This document shows positions 50,619-61,478 of a stretch of DNA of 64,000 nt, piece after piece. The DNA is taken from the NCBI GenBank assembly GCA_035450225.1, contig DAOTMJ010000027.1, positions 2,631 to 66,630 on the forward strand. Reading direction: 5' to 3'. Origin of the DNA: Candidatus Hydrogenedentota bacterium (GTDB taxonomy: Bacteria > Hydrogenedentota > Hydrogenedentia > Hydrogenedentales > SLHB01). Below the pieces are notes generated by a model that worked only from the letters and a program-made list of their open reading frames with translations, was not told the DNA's origin and did no database searches. Position numbers and translations under genes: made by a program. Positions within the stretch are counted from its first letter, which is position 1, and each line of letters starts with the position of its first letter.

Positions 50619-51977
50619 ATGGACGGCGCGAATCTGGACAGTGAACTGTCGAAGTTACGGATTGACAAGGAACGCAAGCGGGCGCGGCGCAATCGCGGGC
50701 GGCGGGTTTGGGCCGTGCTTGCCGCGGCGGTGGTTTGTGCGGGCGGTGTTCTCGCGTATGGGAAATGGTCCGCGCCCCTAACGGTTACGACGGCGCGGGT
50801 GGAAGTCGAGACGGCCGGTTCGGGCCGGGGACCGGCGCTGGTTACGGCGAGCGGCTATGTGGTTCCGAGACACAAGGTCGAGGTCAGTTCCAAGATCATC
50901 GGACGCATTCAGGACATCCGTGTAAAGCGCGGCGACACGGTCAGGCAGGGCGACGTGCTGCTGACCATTGACGACGCGGAGTACCGGGCGCGATTGCAGG
51001 CGGCGGAGGCCCAGGTCGAGGCCATCAAGGCCCGCCTGGCGGAACTCGAAACCGGGTCGCGTCCGCAGGAAATTGCGGCGGCCGAAGCGGCGGTGGCTTC
51101 GTCGGAAGCTTCGCTGCGCAACGCCGTCCTCGATTTGCGCCGAATCGAGGCGCTCGAAAGGCAGGGCGCGATCGCGCGGCAGGAACTGGATCGTGCCCGC
51201 GCCGCGCGCGACATGGCCCAAGCGCGCCTCGATGCCGATCGCAAGCAGGCTGAACTGGTCCGGATCGGTCCGCGGCGCGAAACGATCGAAGCGGCGCAGG
51301 CGCAGTTGCGGCAGGCCGAAGCGAACGTCGAGGCCGCCAAAACGGAACTGGATTACACGATTATCCGCGCGCCCATGGACGGGACCATCCTCGAAAAACT
51401 GGCGGAACAGGGCGAACTCGTGACAAACATGAATTTCGGCGGCACGCGCGGCGCCAAGAACTCGGTCGTCTCGATGGCGAATCTCGGCGACTTGCAGGTC
51501 GAGGTGGATCTGAACGAGAGCGAAATATCGAAAGTGGCGCTGGGCCAGAAGGCGGAGATCCGGCTCGATTCGGTACCGGATCGCGTGTTCGACGGTGAAG
51601 TGGACGAAATTTCGCCGCAGGCGGATCGCCAGAAAGGCGCCGTCCAAATCAAGGTCCGGTTGACGAATCCGGACAGCGCGGTCAAGACCGAATTCAACGC
51701 GCGCGTGACGTTCCTGGGCGAACCGCCCGCCGACGCGCAGGGCGTCGAGGCGCGGCCCCGCCTCCGGGTTCCAAGATCCGCCGTGGTCCGAACCGGCCCG
51801 GATCCCGTGGTGTATGTCCTCTCCGAAGGCCGGGCCAAGGCCGTGCCGGTCAAGACCGGCCCGGAAGGTGAAAACGGCGTCGGGATCGAAGAGGGGCTTT
51901 CGGGATCGGAAATTGTCATCACGGGACCGATGGACAAGATCGCGGACGGCGCGCACGTCGCGGTGGCTGAAAAATGA
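50619..51977 (+). CDS. HlyD/MacA-family periplasmic adaptor
   Basis: N-terminal TM, long coiled-coil hairpin ([13 protein letters not shown]...), and beta-barrel/MP domain. ATG 50619 follows GAAGGTG. Confidence 0.8.
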   Translation: MDGANLDSELSKLRIDKERKRARRNRGRRVWAVLAAAVVCAGGVLAYGKWSAPLTVTTARVEVETAGSGRGPALVTASGYVVPRHKVEVSSKIIGRIQDIRVKRGDTVRQGDVLLTIDDAEYRARLQAAEAQVEAIKARLAELETGSRPQEIAAAEAAVASSEASLRNAVLDLRRIEALERQGAIARQELDRARAARDMAQARLDADRKQAELVRIGPRRETIEAAQAQLRQAEANVEAAKTELDYTIIRAPMDGTILEKLAEQGELVTNMNFGGTRGAKNSVVSMANLGDLQVEVDLNESEISKVALGQKAEIRLDSVPDRVFDGEVDEISPQADRQKGAVQIKVRLTNPDSAVKTEFNARVTFLGEPPADAQGVEARPRLRVPRSAVVRTGPDPVVYVLSEGRAKAVPVKTGPEGENGVGIEEGLSGSEIVITGPMDKIADGAHVAVAEK

Positions 51978-52669
51978 ACGACACGGGAAGGCCGGGCCGG
52001 CCGATTATCCAGATTCGCGGTCTGCGGAAAGTATTTGTCCACGGCGAGGCGGAGGTGGTGGCGCTGGACAATATAGATTTGGATGTGCAGGCGGGGGAAT
52101 TCTTGTCGTTGATGGGTCCGTCGGGATCGGGAAAGTCAACGTTGCTGCACATTCTCGCCGGTATTGACCGCCCGACGAGCGGCGAATGTTGGGTGTTGGG
52201 CCGCGACATCGGCGATCTGGGCGAAGACGAACTTTCCGAATGGCGGAGCGATCACATCGGCTTCATCTTCCAGTCGTTCAACCTGATTCCCGTGCTGACG
52301 GCGTTTGAAAACGTGGAAATGCCGCTGCTTCTCACCGATCTGTCCCGGAAGGAACGCGCCGAACATGTGCGGACGGCGCTCGACATTGTCGGTCTCGGCG
52401 ATCGCATGACGCATTACCCGCGCCAACTGTCCGGCGGGCAGGAGCAGCGCGTGGCGATTGCCCGCGCGCTCGTGACCGATCCGGATCTCATATTTGCCGA
52501 CGAGCCGACCGGCGACCTCGACGCCCGTTCCGCCGAAGACGTGTTGAGCATCCTGCGGAAACTCAACCGCGATTTCGGCAAGACCATCATCATGGTCACG
52601 CACGATCCGAAAGCCTCGACCCACGCAACCGTCATCCGCCACCTCGATAAGGGCGAAATGCTGCCCTGA
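51974..52669 (+). CDS. ABC transporter ATP-binding protein (MacB/LolD-type, unfused)
   Basis: Walker [10 protein letters not shown], signature LSGGQEQR, Walker [13 protein letters not shown]. 4-nt overlap with the adaptor gene. Confidence 0.9.
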   Translation: MNDTGRPGRPIIQIRGLRKVFVHGEAEVVALDNIDLDVQAGEFLSLMGPSGSGKSTLLHILAGIDRPTSGECWVLGRDIGDLGEDELSEWRSDHIGFIFQSFNLIPVLTAFENVEMPLLLTDLSRKERAEHVRTALDIVGLGDRMTHYPRQLSGGQEQRVAIARALVTDPDLIFADEPTGDLDARSAEDVLSILRKLNRDFGKTIIMVTHDPKASTHATVIRHLDKGEMLP

Positions 52670-52697
52670 TCCGGCAATTCCCATGCAACAGGTGGAT

Positions 52698-53216
52698 TTA
52701 CGCGACGGCCAATCCGGCCAGGCGCCGCGAAACGGCCCCGTATCCCATGATGCGGGCAAGCGCCAGGGGCGTCAAACCGTCGAGATAAGGCGCCGGGACC
52801 AGCGGATCGGCGCACGCGTCGAGCAAGAGATCCGTTATCGCCGCGTTGCCGGTGATCGCGGCCCAATGCAGCGGCGTCAAGCCCTGCACGCATGCGGCGT
52901 TCGCGTTGGCGCCGGCATCGAGGAGCATCCGCGCAATATCGCTGTGCCCATTTCGGGCGGCCTTGTGAAGCGGCGTCTCTCCGATCGAATCGCGCAAGTC
53001 GGGATCCACGTTTTCCGACAACAACGCTTCGACCACGCGGCCCAAACCCAAGGCCGCCGAACGATGCAGCAGACTCGAACCGGCCAGCCCGCTTTCGCGG
53101 TCCGCCCGTTCCAGCTGAAGCATCAAGGACGTCAGAACGCCGTGGTTGCTGTGTTCTGCGCGGCTCAAAGGCGTCTCGAACGCATCGTCCATCGTGTTCA
53201 GCCATGTATTCGTCAT
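52698..53216 (-). CDS. Ankyrin-repeat protein
   Basis: At least four ANK repeats ([29 protein letters not shown]..., [13 protein letters not shown]...). Start MTNTW has a GGAGGAAC RBS. Confidence 0.7.
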   Translation of the reverse strand: MTNTWLNTMDDAFETPLSRAEHSNHGVLTSLMLQLERADRESGLAGSSLLHRSAALGLGRVVEALLSENVDPDLRDSIGETPLHKAARNGHSDIARMLLDAGANANAACVQGLTPLHWAAITGNAAITDLLLDACADPLVPAPYLDGLTPLALARIMGYGAVSRRLAGLAVA

Positions 53217-53569
53217 TTTCCGTTCCTCCGGGTTCACACAATCTACTGTGTTGGGTCCCGAGGGTGTCCGGGTTCCGCGTCCCGGTCGCGCCCAGTGACA
53301 CTCTTTGCATGAAAGAGAGCAACCGCCATGCCGGGAAAACCGGGTGAAAATACCGGCAAAATCCAGTAAAACCGAACCGGAACCGCGTCCGGATTCGTCA
53401 AAATGACAAAGGACTGCCGCTTCTGAAAAAGCAAACCGGAAATCGGCTGGCAAAAACGGCTTTTCGCCCGTCAGATTCTCCAACTTGACCTTTTGTCCTT
53501 GAACGTTGGGGGCGGATCTGACATCGGGGCGCTTGCTGTGCTAATCTGTGCGCACGAGGAATCCGGACC

Positions 53570-56500
53570 ATGAATCTCCAGTGGGTTGACGAGAAATGCC
53601 ATGCGCTGGCTGTGCTGAAGCAGCAGGGACAGCATGAGGGCGCGTTGGCCGTCATTGGTGAACTCGAACCGCTGGTTCCGGGCAATATTCCGCTGCTTTC
53701 GCTTCGCGCGCAGCATTTGGCTGCGTTGGGCCGGAACGACGAAGCCGCGGTCTGTTGCGAAACGGCGCTCGCGCGCGTCCGCGAGGCGCAGGAAGACTGC
53801 GCCGCGATGCGCGATCTGCTGAGCGCGGAACAGTTGGACCATTGGCAGATGGTGCTGGAGGCGCTCGAACAGCCGATCGCCGCGCTCCGGGACAAACTCA
53901 AACCCAAACCCAAACCCGCGCGGGACGATCGCGAGCAATTGCAGCAGGTCGTCGAATCCTTGCGCCGCGAACTGCAACTCGTGCGCGGCATGGCCGAGGA
54001 AGCGTCGGATTCCGAGCGACAACTCGCCTCCGAAGTCGAGCGTTTGCGCGCGGAGGATGAGGCGAAGAAGAAGGCCCTCGAGGAAGCCCGCCGCGAACAG
54101 GAAGCGCTTCGGCAGTCGCTCGAGGCGCGCGAAGAGGCCTTGGCGGCGGCCGAACGCAGCAACGCCGAGCGCGAAGCCCAGGTTGCCTTGCTTCAATCCG
54201 AACTGGCGGCCCTCGGCGAACAGGCCCGTCGCACCGTATCGTCGGAACAGGCGCTGTCGGCGGAACTCGAACAGGTGCGCGCCAACGAACGCGCCAAATC
54301 GGAGGCGCTCGAACACGCGCGCGGCGAGTTGCAACAACTTATGCAGACGCTTAGCGAGCGCGAGGCCGCCATTGCCGAAGCGGAACGCCGAAGCGCGGAG
54401 CGCGAGGAAGTGCTGGCCCGGCTTCGCGGTGAAATGGACGGCCTGCGCAATCAGGCGGGGGATGCAGCCCGATCCGAGCAGGCGCTGGCGGCGGAAGTCG
54501 AGTCGCTCCGCACGAACGAGGCGGCCAAGGCCAAGGCGCTTGAAAATGCGCGGTTGGAACTCGAATCGCTCAAGACAGCCCTTCAGGATCGCGAAGCCGC
54601 CATTGCCGAGGCCGAGCGCAAGAACGCGGAACGCGAACGGGCAATGGCCGCATTGCAGCAGGAACTCGGCTCGCTGAAATCGCGCGCCCTACAGGCCACG
54701 GAATCCGAGGAACGCCTCCGGGACGAAGTGGATCAACTGCGGGCCACGGAAACGGCCAAGTCGCAACTGCTCGAGGGCGCGCGCGCCGAACTGGACGCGC
54801 TCAAACACGCGTTGGCGGAACGCGAAACGGCCATTGCCGAGGCCGAGCGCAAGAATGCCGAGCGGGAACGGTTGCTTGAGGCGTTGAATCGGGAAGTCCA
54901 GGGACTGCGGAATCAGGCGGCGGGCGCGGCCAACGCGCAGGAAGCCCTGTTGCGCGAGGTGGAACAGTTGCGCGCCAACGAGACGGGCAAGGCGCAACTG
55001 CTCGAGGCGGCGCGGGCCGAACTGGAAAGCGTGCGCGGGGCCCTGCGCGAACGCGAGGCGGCCGTGGCCGAGGCCGAGCGCAGGAATGCCGAGCACGAAC
55101 GGCAAATGGCGGCGTTGCGGGCGGAACTCGACAGTGTGCAGGAACGGACGCGCAAGGCGGCCGATTCCGAACGGCGCCTGCTGGCCGAAATTGAACAACT
55201 GCGCACCAATGAGCGCGCGAAATCGCGTGAACTTGAAGACGCCCGCAAGAATCTCGAATCGCTGGAACAGACGGTGCGCCGGCAGGAAGCCGCCGTCACC
55301 GCAGCGATTCAGAGCAATACCGAGAGCGAGGAGGCCATTGCCGCGCTGCAACGCGACCTCGCCAAGACCCGCGCGCTGGCCGAAAAGGCGGCGTCGTCCG
55401 AGCAGCGGCTCGTGTCGGAAGTCGAGCAGTTGCGCACGAACGAAAGCGAAAAATCGCACGCGCTGGGCGACGCGCGATCGGAACTTGAGCAACTCCGGGC
55501 GGCATTGGCCGAACGGGAAAGCGCCATCGGCGCGGCCGTGCACAGCCGGCAGGAACAGGAGCGCGAATTGGCCGCACTGCGCCGCGAACTCGAGGAATTG
55601 CACACGCATGCGGCCGATGCGTCGAGTTCGGAACAGGCGTTGATGGCGGAGATCGAACAACTGCGCGCCAACGAGCAGGCAAAAAGCGGGGAACTGGAAC
55701 AAGCCCGCAACGAACTGGCCGCGCTCAAGGAGTCGCTTGCGGCGCGCGAAGACGCCGTGGCGGCGGCCATGCGCAGCAGCGCCGAACATGAACAGGCCAT
55801 GGCGGTGCTGCGCGAGGAATTGAATGCGCTGCGCGGCCAAGCCGCGAAGGCCTCCAGTTCCGAGGAAGGACTGCGGGCCGAACTGGATCAACTGCGCGCG
55901 CAGGGCGACGCCAAGTCGCAGGCGCTGGACGAGGCCCGCGCCGAACTGGAAACGCTGAAGGGCACGCTGAACGCCCGCGAAGAGGCGATTGCCGAAGCGC
56001 GGCGCGGCCAATCCGAACAGGCGCAGGCCATGGCGGCGCTCCGGCAGGAATTGGAGGGCTTGCGCGCCTCGACAGCCCGCGCGTCCGATTTCGAGCGTGG
56101 CTTGCTTGCGGAAATCGAACAACTGCGATCGAACGGCGACGCCAAATCGAAGGCGCTGGACGAGGCCCGCGCGGAATTGGAAACGTTGCGCGCTTCGCTT
56201 ATGGAACGGGAAAAGGCCGCCGCCGCCGCCGAACACAGCCGCCTCGAACAGGAAAAAATTACCGAATCCCTTCAGCAGGAACTAACGCAACTGCGCGCGC
56301 AAACCCGGAATGCCTCGGCGTCCGAACAATCCCTGATGGAAGACCTTCAACAGATTCAAAGCCGCGAGCAGGCCAAATCGAAAGAACTCGAACGGGCGCG
56401 CGCGGAACTCGAAACCCTCCGCCAATCGCTGCAGGCGCAGGAAGAGGCGCTGGCGGCCGCCCGGCGCGATCGATCCGAACAGGATGCGGCCGTGGCGGCC

Positions 56501-57562
56501 ATGCAGCGGGAGCTGGACCGGCTTCACGGTGAAGCAGCCAAAGGATCGGACGACGAGGAACGCCTGGTACAACAAATGGAAGCTTTGCGCGCCGCGCAGA
56601 ACGCCAAAGCGGAAGAACTGGACAAGGCGCAAGCCGAATTGGAACGCCTCCGCGACCAACTGGAGAAAAAACCGGAGGCTGTCCCACCGGCGGGTCCACG
56701 GAGTTACACGCCGCCGCCTGAATCCCATCCCGCCGAAGCGCCCGCGCGCCGGGGCCTATGGCTTGCCCTTGCCGCCGCTTTTCTCGTGCTGGTTGTTGCG
56801 GGCGGAGGATACCTCCTGTTGAAAGGACGGGCGCCCTCCGAACCGGTTTCCGCGCCCATCGTCGCGACAACGCCTTCCCTGACGCCGGAGCCGATCCCAC
56901 CGCCCGCCGAACCGGCGCCGGTGGTGGACGAAAAACCCGCAGCGCCCGTGTTGCCGGAAGCGGACAAGCCGCAGGGGCAGCGCACATTGGTGTTTCCCAA
57001 CAACCGTTCGATGGGCCAGTTGTTCGAACGCGATTGGAATGCCACGGGCGCCAAACCATGGAAACCGATAGGGCGCGCCGAACGCACCATCACGATTCCG
57101 GCGGGGAAAGTCGTTAAACTGGTCGTGAATCAGAGCGACAGCAAGGACCTGTCGCCGCTGGTTCCCCTTGGCCCCGATGCCCTGCACACGCTTGTGCTTA
57201 TCGGCAACGATGTGACCGACGTCAGCATGGCTTCGCTGGCCGGCATGACCGGACTAAGACGGCTCGATGTCAATTCGAGCGGCGTGACGGATGCGGGGTT
57301 GAAGCACCTCGCGAACCTTTCCAACCTGCGCGAACTCAGCCTGGCCGGCCTCAAAATGACCGACGAGGGATTTTCCGTGATAAACCATTTTCCGTTGCTC
57401 GAATCGCTGAGCGTGACGGATTGCGCGATTACCAACGCGGTCCTTCCGCACGTGAAAAAACTGACCGGTTTGCGCCGGCTGACCATTTCGGGGACGAAGG
57501 TTTCGCAGGAAGGGATGACCCTGCTCAAATACGACATGCCCAAATGCGAAATCACCCCCTGA
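53570..57562 (+). CDS. 1330-aa coiled-coil tandem-repeat protein with single TM and C-terminal leucine-rich-repeat domain
   Basis: N-terminal TPR-like segment; about 11 copies of a 77-aa coiled-coil unit (...SEQAL.AE.EQLR.NE.AKS..LE.AR.ELE.L...L.EREAAIAEAER.NAERE...); TM RRGLWLALAAAFLVLVVAGGGYLLL; Pro-rich linker; LRR (LRRLDVNSSGVTDAGLKHLANLSNLRELSLAGLKMTD...). Confidence 0.7.
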   Translation: MNLQWVDEKCHALAVLKQQGQHEGALAVIGELEPLVPGNIPLLSLRAQHLAALGRNDEAAVCCETALARVREAQEDCAAMRDLLSAEQLDHWQMVLEALEQPIAALRDKLKPKPKPARDDREQLQQVVESLRRELQLVRGMAEEASDSERQLASEVERLRAEDEAKKKALEEARREQEALRQSLEAREEALAAAERSNAEREAQVALLQSELAALGEQARRTVSSEQALSAELEQVRANERAKSEALEHARGELQQLMQTLSEREAAIAEAERRSAEREEVLARLRGEMDGLRNQAGDAARSEQALAAEVESLRTNEAAKAKALENARLELESLKTALQDREAAIAEAERKNAERERAMAALQQELGSLKSRALQATESEERLRDEVDQLRATETAKSQLLEGARAELDALKHALAERETAIAEAERKNAERERLLEALNREVQGLRNQAAGAANAQEALLREVEQLRANETGKAQLLEAARAELESVRGALREREAAVAEAERRNAEHERQMAALRAELDSVQERTRKAADSERRLLAEIEQLRTNERAKSRELEDARKNLESLEQTVRRQEAAVTAAIQSNTESEEAIAALQRDLAKTRALAEKAASSEQRLVSEVEQLRTNESEKSHALGDARSELEQLRAALAERESAIGAAVHSRQEQERELAALRRELEELHTHAADASSSEQALMAEIEQLRANEQAKSGELEQARNELAALKESLAAREDAVAAAMRSSAEHEQAMAVLREELNALRGQAAKASSSEEGLRAELDQLRAQGDAKSQALDEARAELETLKGTLNAREEAIAEARRGQSEQAQAMAALRQELEGLRASTARASDFERGLLAEIEQLRSNGDAKSKALDEARAELETLRASLMEREKAAAAAEHSRLEQEKITESLQQELTQLRAQTRNASASEQSLMEDLQQIQSREQAKSKELERARAELETLRQSLQAQEEALAAARRDRSEQDAAVAAMQRELDRLHGEAAKGSDDEERLVQQMEALRAAQNAKAEELDKAQAELERLRDQLEKKPEAVPPAGPRSYTPPPESHPAEAPARRGLWLALAAAFLVLVVAGGGYLLLKGRAPSEPVSAPIVATTPSLTPEPIPPPAEPAPVVDEKPAAPVLPEADKPQGQRTLVFPNNRSMGQLFERDWNATGAKPWKPIGRAERTITIPAGKVVKLVVNQSDSKDLSPLVPLGPDALHTLVLIGNDVTDVSMASLAGMTGLRRLDVNSSGVTDAGLKHLANLSNLRELSLAGLKMTDEGFSVINHFPLLESLSVTDCAITNAVLPHVKKLTGLRRLTISGTKVSQEGMTLLKYDMPKCEITP
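53990..56675 (+). repeat. Tandem 231-bp coding repeats (~11.6 copies) inside ORF 53570..57562
   Basis: The GCC ATT GCC GAG GCC GAG CGC landmark recurs at 54371, 54602, 54833 and onward, exactly 231 bp apart. Confidence 0.8.
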
Positions 57563-57580
57563 CTTTCCCCGCGCCGCCGG

Positions 57581-58747
57581 TTATTCAACCCGGCTCGCCC
57601 CGTCGGCTGGCGAGGACAGAAACGTTTGGCCTTGCAGGCCGGTCCGTTGCCGGTAATCGGCAATCAAACGTTCGCAAAATGCGGGCGCGGCGTCGGTCTC
57701 GACTAGGCAGATCGTGCATCCGCCAAAGCCCGCCCCGGTCATCCGCGCACCGTGACAGCCGGGCAGCCCGCGCGCAATCGCTGTCATCGCGTCCAATTCC
57801 GGGCACGTGACCTCGTAATCGTCGCGCAGGCTCTCGTCCGAGGCGTTCATTAGTTCGCCGAGCCGGACCGCGTCGCCCGCGCGCAGCACGGCACAGGCCG
57901 CCTGCGTGCGCGCATTTTCCGAAATGACATGCCGCGCGCGGCGGAAAACAATATCAGACAAGACCCCGCGACACGCCGTCAACTCGTCCTCGTTGAAATC
58001 GCGCAGGTGGGTTCCGGGACGGTTCAGGGTTTTTGCCATGCCCGCCACCGCCTCGCGGCATTGCGCCACGCGCTCGTTGTATTTGGACGATGTCAGGCCG
58101 CGCGCCACGCCCGTGTTGGCGATGACGAACGTGGCCGACGCAAACGCGACCGGCACGAGTTCGTACGCGAAACTTCGGCAATCGAGAAACAGCGCATGTC
58201 CTTTGCGGCCCATGCGCGATATGAACTGGTCCATGATGCCCGAACTCAGGCCGAGAAAACGGTTTTCCACGCGCTGGCCGAGCCGGGGCGCCTCGGCGCC
58301 TTCGACCCGAAAACCGCCGAGGGCCTCGAACATGCACAAGGCCGCCATTTCGAGACTCGCGGAACTGCTGAGTCCGCAGGCGATCGGCACGTCGCCGGCA
58401 ATCAGCAACTCCGCGCCGATCAGCGGCAGCCCAAGCGCGGCGACCTCGTCCGCCACGCCGACGACGTAATCAATCCACGGCTCGTCCGCGTTGCGCGCGC
58501 GATGGTCCAAGTCCGCTTCGACGCAACGGTCCAGGTTCGCCGCGAAGGCGTGCAGACGCCGGTCGGCGCGCCGCCTGGCCGCGATGACGGTCTCGTGCTC
58601 AATGGCCATGGGCAGCACAAACCCGTGATTGTAGTCTGTATGTTCGCCGATGATGTTGACGCGGCCCGGCGCCCGTACCACGACCTCCGCCGCATGGCCA
58701 AAGCGGTGCTCAAACTGTCGTTTTACGTCATGAATGTGCAGACTCAT
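57581..58747 (-). CDS. galK: Galactokinase
   Basis: GRVNIIGEHTDYN galactokinase signature; GHMP motif PIACGLSSSAS. Confidence 0.9.
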   Translation of the reverse strand: MSLHIHDVKRQFEHRFGHAAEVVVRAPGRVNIIGEHTDYNHGFVLPMAIEHETVIAARRRADRRLHAFAANLDRCVEADLDHRARNADEPWIDYVVGVADEVAALGLPLIGAELLIAGDVPIACGLSSSASLEMAALCMFEALGGFRVEGAEAPRLGQRVENRFLGLSSGIMDQFISRMGRKGHALFLDCRSFAYELVPVAFASATFVIANTGVARGLTSSKYNERVAQCREAVAGMAKTLNRPGTHLRDFNEDELTACRGVLSDIVFRRARHVISENARTQAACAVLRAGDAVRLGELMNASDESLRDDYEVTCPELDAMTAIARGLPGCHGARMTGAGFGGCTICLVETDAAPAFCERLIADYRQRTGLQGQTFLSSPADGASRVE

Positions 58748-58830
58748 GGTTGATCCCCGGATCGGCGGCCGTTTTCAGGCCTCGAAAAGCACGCCGGCGC
58801 GCGCCATGGATTTCCATGCACCCCGCCGCC

Positions 58831-59937
58831 TCAAATGATGGTCTTTTCCGTGGCGGCGTCGAAATAGTGGACCTTGTCCATCAGGACGTCTATGACATAC
58901 GGCTTGTTCACTTCGGGCTCGATGTTGGATTTGATGCGCGCCGTCAGCGACTTCCCTCCGATGCCGATATAAAGGTAGATTTCCGATCCCATCGGCTCGA
59001 CCACCTCGACGTTCGCGGTGATGCTCGAACCCGGAACGGGCGTTTGCGTAATGTTCTCGCGCACATCCTCCGGGCGAATGCCGAGGGTCACCTGTTTTCC
59101 CACATAGGACTGCAACGCATCGCGATGCGGCGGCGCCACTTCCAAATCGAGGCTGCCGCCAAGGTCGCGGAACCGCAGGGAACCGTTCTCGGCCGACAGG
59201 CGGCCATCCACCATGTTCATCGGGGGACTGCCGATGAATCCGGCCACGAACTTGTTTACCGGCTTGTTGTAAAGCGTCAGCGGATCGGCCACCTGCTGGA
59301 TTACGCCGTCGAGCATGACCACGATACGATCGCCCATCGTCATGGCTTCGACTTGGTCGTGCGTCACGTAAATCATGGTGGATTGCAGCCGCGTGTGGAG
59401 TTTGCTGATTTCGGCGCGCATCTGGACCCGCAGTTTGGCGTCAAGGTTCGACAACGGCTCGTCGAATAAAAACACCTTCGGCTGGCGGACAATGGCGCGA
59501 CCCACCGCCACGCGTTGACGCTGGCCGCCCGACAGGGCTTTCGGCTTGCGATCGAGCAGGTCTTGGATGCCCAAAATTTCCGCCGCCGCCTGGACGCGCG
59601 CCTGGATTTCCTTTTTCGGATATTTCCGCAAAATGAGGCCGAACGCCATGTTTTTATAGACGGTCATGTGTGGATACAGGGCGTAGTTCTGGAACACCAT
59701 CGCGATATCGCGGTTTTTGGGCGGTACGTCGTTGACAATCTTCCCGTCAATGTAAATTTCGCCATCCGTAATTTCTTCGAGACCGGCGATCATACGCAAG
59801 GTTGTGGATTTACCGCAGCCCGACGGACCCACAAGCACCACGAATTCCTTGTCTTCGATAACGAGATCTGCGCCCTTTACCGCCTCGACGCCGCCCGGAA
59901 AGACTTTCCGCACCTTTTTCAGTTCGACTCTTGCCAT
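58831..59937 (-). CDS. Sugar ABC transporter ATP-binding protein (MalK/UgpC-type)
   Basis: Walker [27 protein letters not shown], and a C-terminal TOBE-like regulatory domain. Confidence 0.9.
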   Translation of the reverse strand: MARVELKKVRKVFPGGVEAVKGADLVIEDKEFVVLVGPSGCGKSTTLRMIAGLEEITDGEIYIDGKIVNDVPPKNRDIAMVFQNYALYPHMTVYKNMAFGLILRKYPKKEIQARVQAAAEILGIQDLLDRKPKALSGGQRQRVAVGRAIVRQPKVFLFDEPLSNLDAKLRVQMRAEISKLHTRLQSTMIYVTHDQVEAMTMGDRIVVMLDGVIQQVADPLTLYNKPVNKFVAGFIGSPPMNMVDGRLSAENGSLRFRDLGGSLDLEVAPPHRDALQSYVGKQVTLGIRPEDVRENITQTPVPGSSITANVEVVEPMGSEIYLYIGIGGKSLTARIKSNIEPEVNKPYVIDVLMDKVHYFDAATEKTII

Positions 59938-60181
59938 GGATGTTTCCGCCTCCTTGCCGTTGCCAGCCCGCGGGAAAACTTGAGACTCGTTGCATCATAT
60001 AGCAGGTTTTTCGATGGAGTCAAGCCGTTCTGGGACAATCCAACGTGGATCCCTCATGCTGGTCGTGGGACGGGGTATGCGTCATCGGACCTTGTGGACT
60101 TCACCGGAATGGGGAAATCTTGCGGGCTTGTCTCGTCCGCAAAATCCGCTACGGAACGCGGCAGGATGATTTGTCTGCCGG

Positions 60182-61465
60182 TCAGCGCCGGATGAGCCGG
60201 GCGGGCGAAACCGAGAAATCAATGTTCTCCACGATTGCATCGAAAAAGACGTCCAGCATGATTTCGTTTCCCCGCGGATAGAAATGGCAGTCGTCCCAAA
60301 ACAGGGTTTCACCGGGAAAATGGTTGGGCTCCGCGGCGACGATGGCGGCCTTGACGTCGGCCAGCGGCAGCTCGTTGCGCGCCGCGACGCGCCGGAGGAT
60401 CGTGTTTTCCGCTTCGCTGGCCTGATGGCGGAAAATTTCCGAGAGCACTTTTTCGGCAATCGTCCGCGCCTCGTCGTACCGGCCTTGCCGGTACAAGTCA
60501 TGGACGGGCTGGTAGCGCGCCTTGTCCCGTTCGCAAAATTCATGGGGTTTCAGGAGATTCGAGGGCGCCGTGGAAAGAATCAGGGGCACGCCGCGCCGTC
60601 GGCAGAGCGCGGCCATCATTTCCAGATTGTTTTCGAGCGATTGCATCCGATCGCCGAGCAGCCCGGCGTCGTAATCGTCGCGGCAGGGCTTTTCGTCCGC
60701 GAGTTGCGGCCAGCGGCGCACCAGCAGCCGCCGGTTTTCCGGCTTGACCAGTTGGCGCGAGCGAAGTGTCGTAAGATAGTTGCGCATCAACCGGTAGACG
60801 GCCAGGCGTTCCAGCAGGTTCTGTATCCGCAGCGTGCCGAAGGGAACGTACCGCATCTGCTCGATTTCCTCAAATTCATTGTGCCCTTCGTAATAGAGGA
60901 TGGCATCGGGATCATAATTCAGCACTTCGGCCATCACCGGCAGCAGGCGGTGGCTCCCGTACGAACCCGCGCCGCAGTTGACGATCTCGAACCGCCAGCC
61001 GTTTCCGAAATGCTTTTCGAGCCGTTCGCGCAAGCGCGACAAGCCCGGCCCGGGAAATCCCGGAAAGGCCAGCGTTTCCATTTGGACGTTCAGCGCCTCT
61101 TCGACGCGCCGGTAGAACGGCATGCCGTTTTCATCCTGCAAGAGCAATACGCAACTGCCCCCGACCATGAAAATGCGGCGCACGCCGGGGTCCTTGCGAA
61201 GACGGAAGCGTTGTTCGTGGAAGGTCAGGAGTTTCACCGGATTGGTGATCAGGTAGTTCGCGTCGTTGGGATCGGGAACGAACACCCGGCTTTCTTCCGT
61301 GAAGCCGAGTCCATAGTCCGCGACCACCGGGCGAATCCAATGTTCGGCGATTCGGCTTCCCGCTTCGACGATCCCCAACAGCGCCAGCGTGCACAATGCG
61401 ATGACCGCGGCCGTGCGCCCTGCGGCGCGGCCCGGACTTCCCGCTTTGTGCGCCGAATCGTCCAT
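60182..61465 (-). CDS. SGNH-like hydrolase, membrane anchored (paralogue of 13862..15019)
   Basis: IFMVGGS block I; G.GSYGSHRLLPVMAEVLNYDPDAILYYEGHNEFEE; RHQASEAENTILRRVA...PLADVKAAIVAAEP...PGETLF.DDCH aligns with 13862..15019. Confidence 0.55.
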   Translation of the reverse strand: MDDSAHKAGSPGRAAGRTAAVIALCTLALLGIVEAGSRIAEHWIRPVVADYGLGFTEESRVFVPDPNDANYLITNPVKLLTFHEQRFRLRKDPGVRRIFMVGGSCVLLLQDENGMPFYRRVEEALNVQMETLAFPGFPGPGLSRLRERLEKHFGNGWRFEIVNCGAGSYGSHRLLPVMAEVLNYDPDAILYYEGHNEFEEIEQMRYVPFGTLRIQNLLERLAVYRLMRNYLTTLRSRQLVKPENRRLLVRRWPQLADEKPCRDDYDAGLLGDRMQSLENNLEMMAALCRRRGVPLILSTAPSNLLKPHEFCERDKARYQPVHDLYRQGRYDEARTIAEKVLSEIFRHQASEAENTILRRVAARNELPLADVKAAIVAAEPNHFPGETLFWDDCHFYPRGNEIMLDVFFDAIVENIDFSVSPARLIRR

Positions 61466-61478
61466 GGGGCGGGATCCG

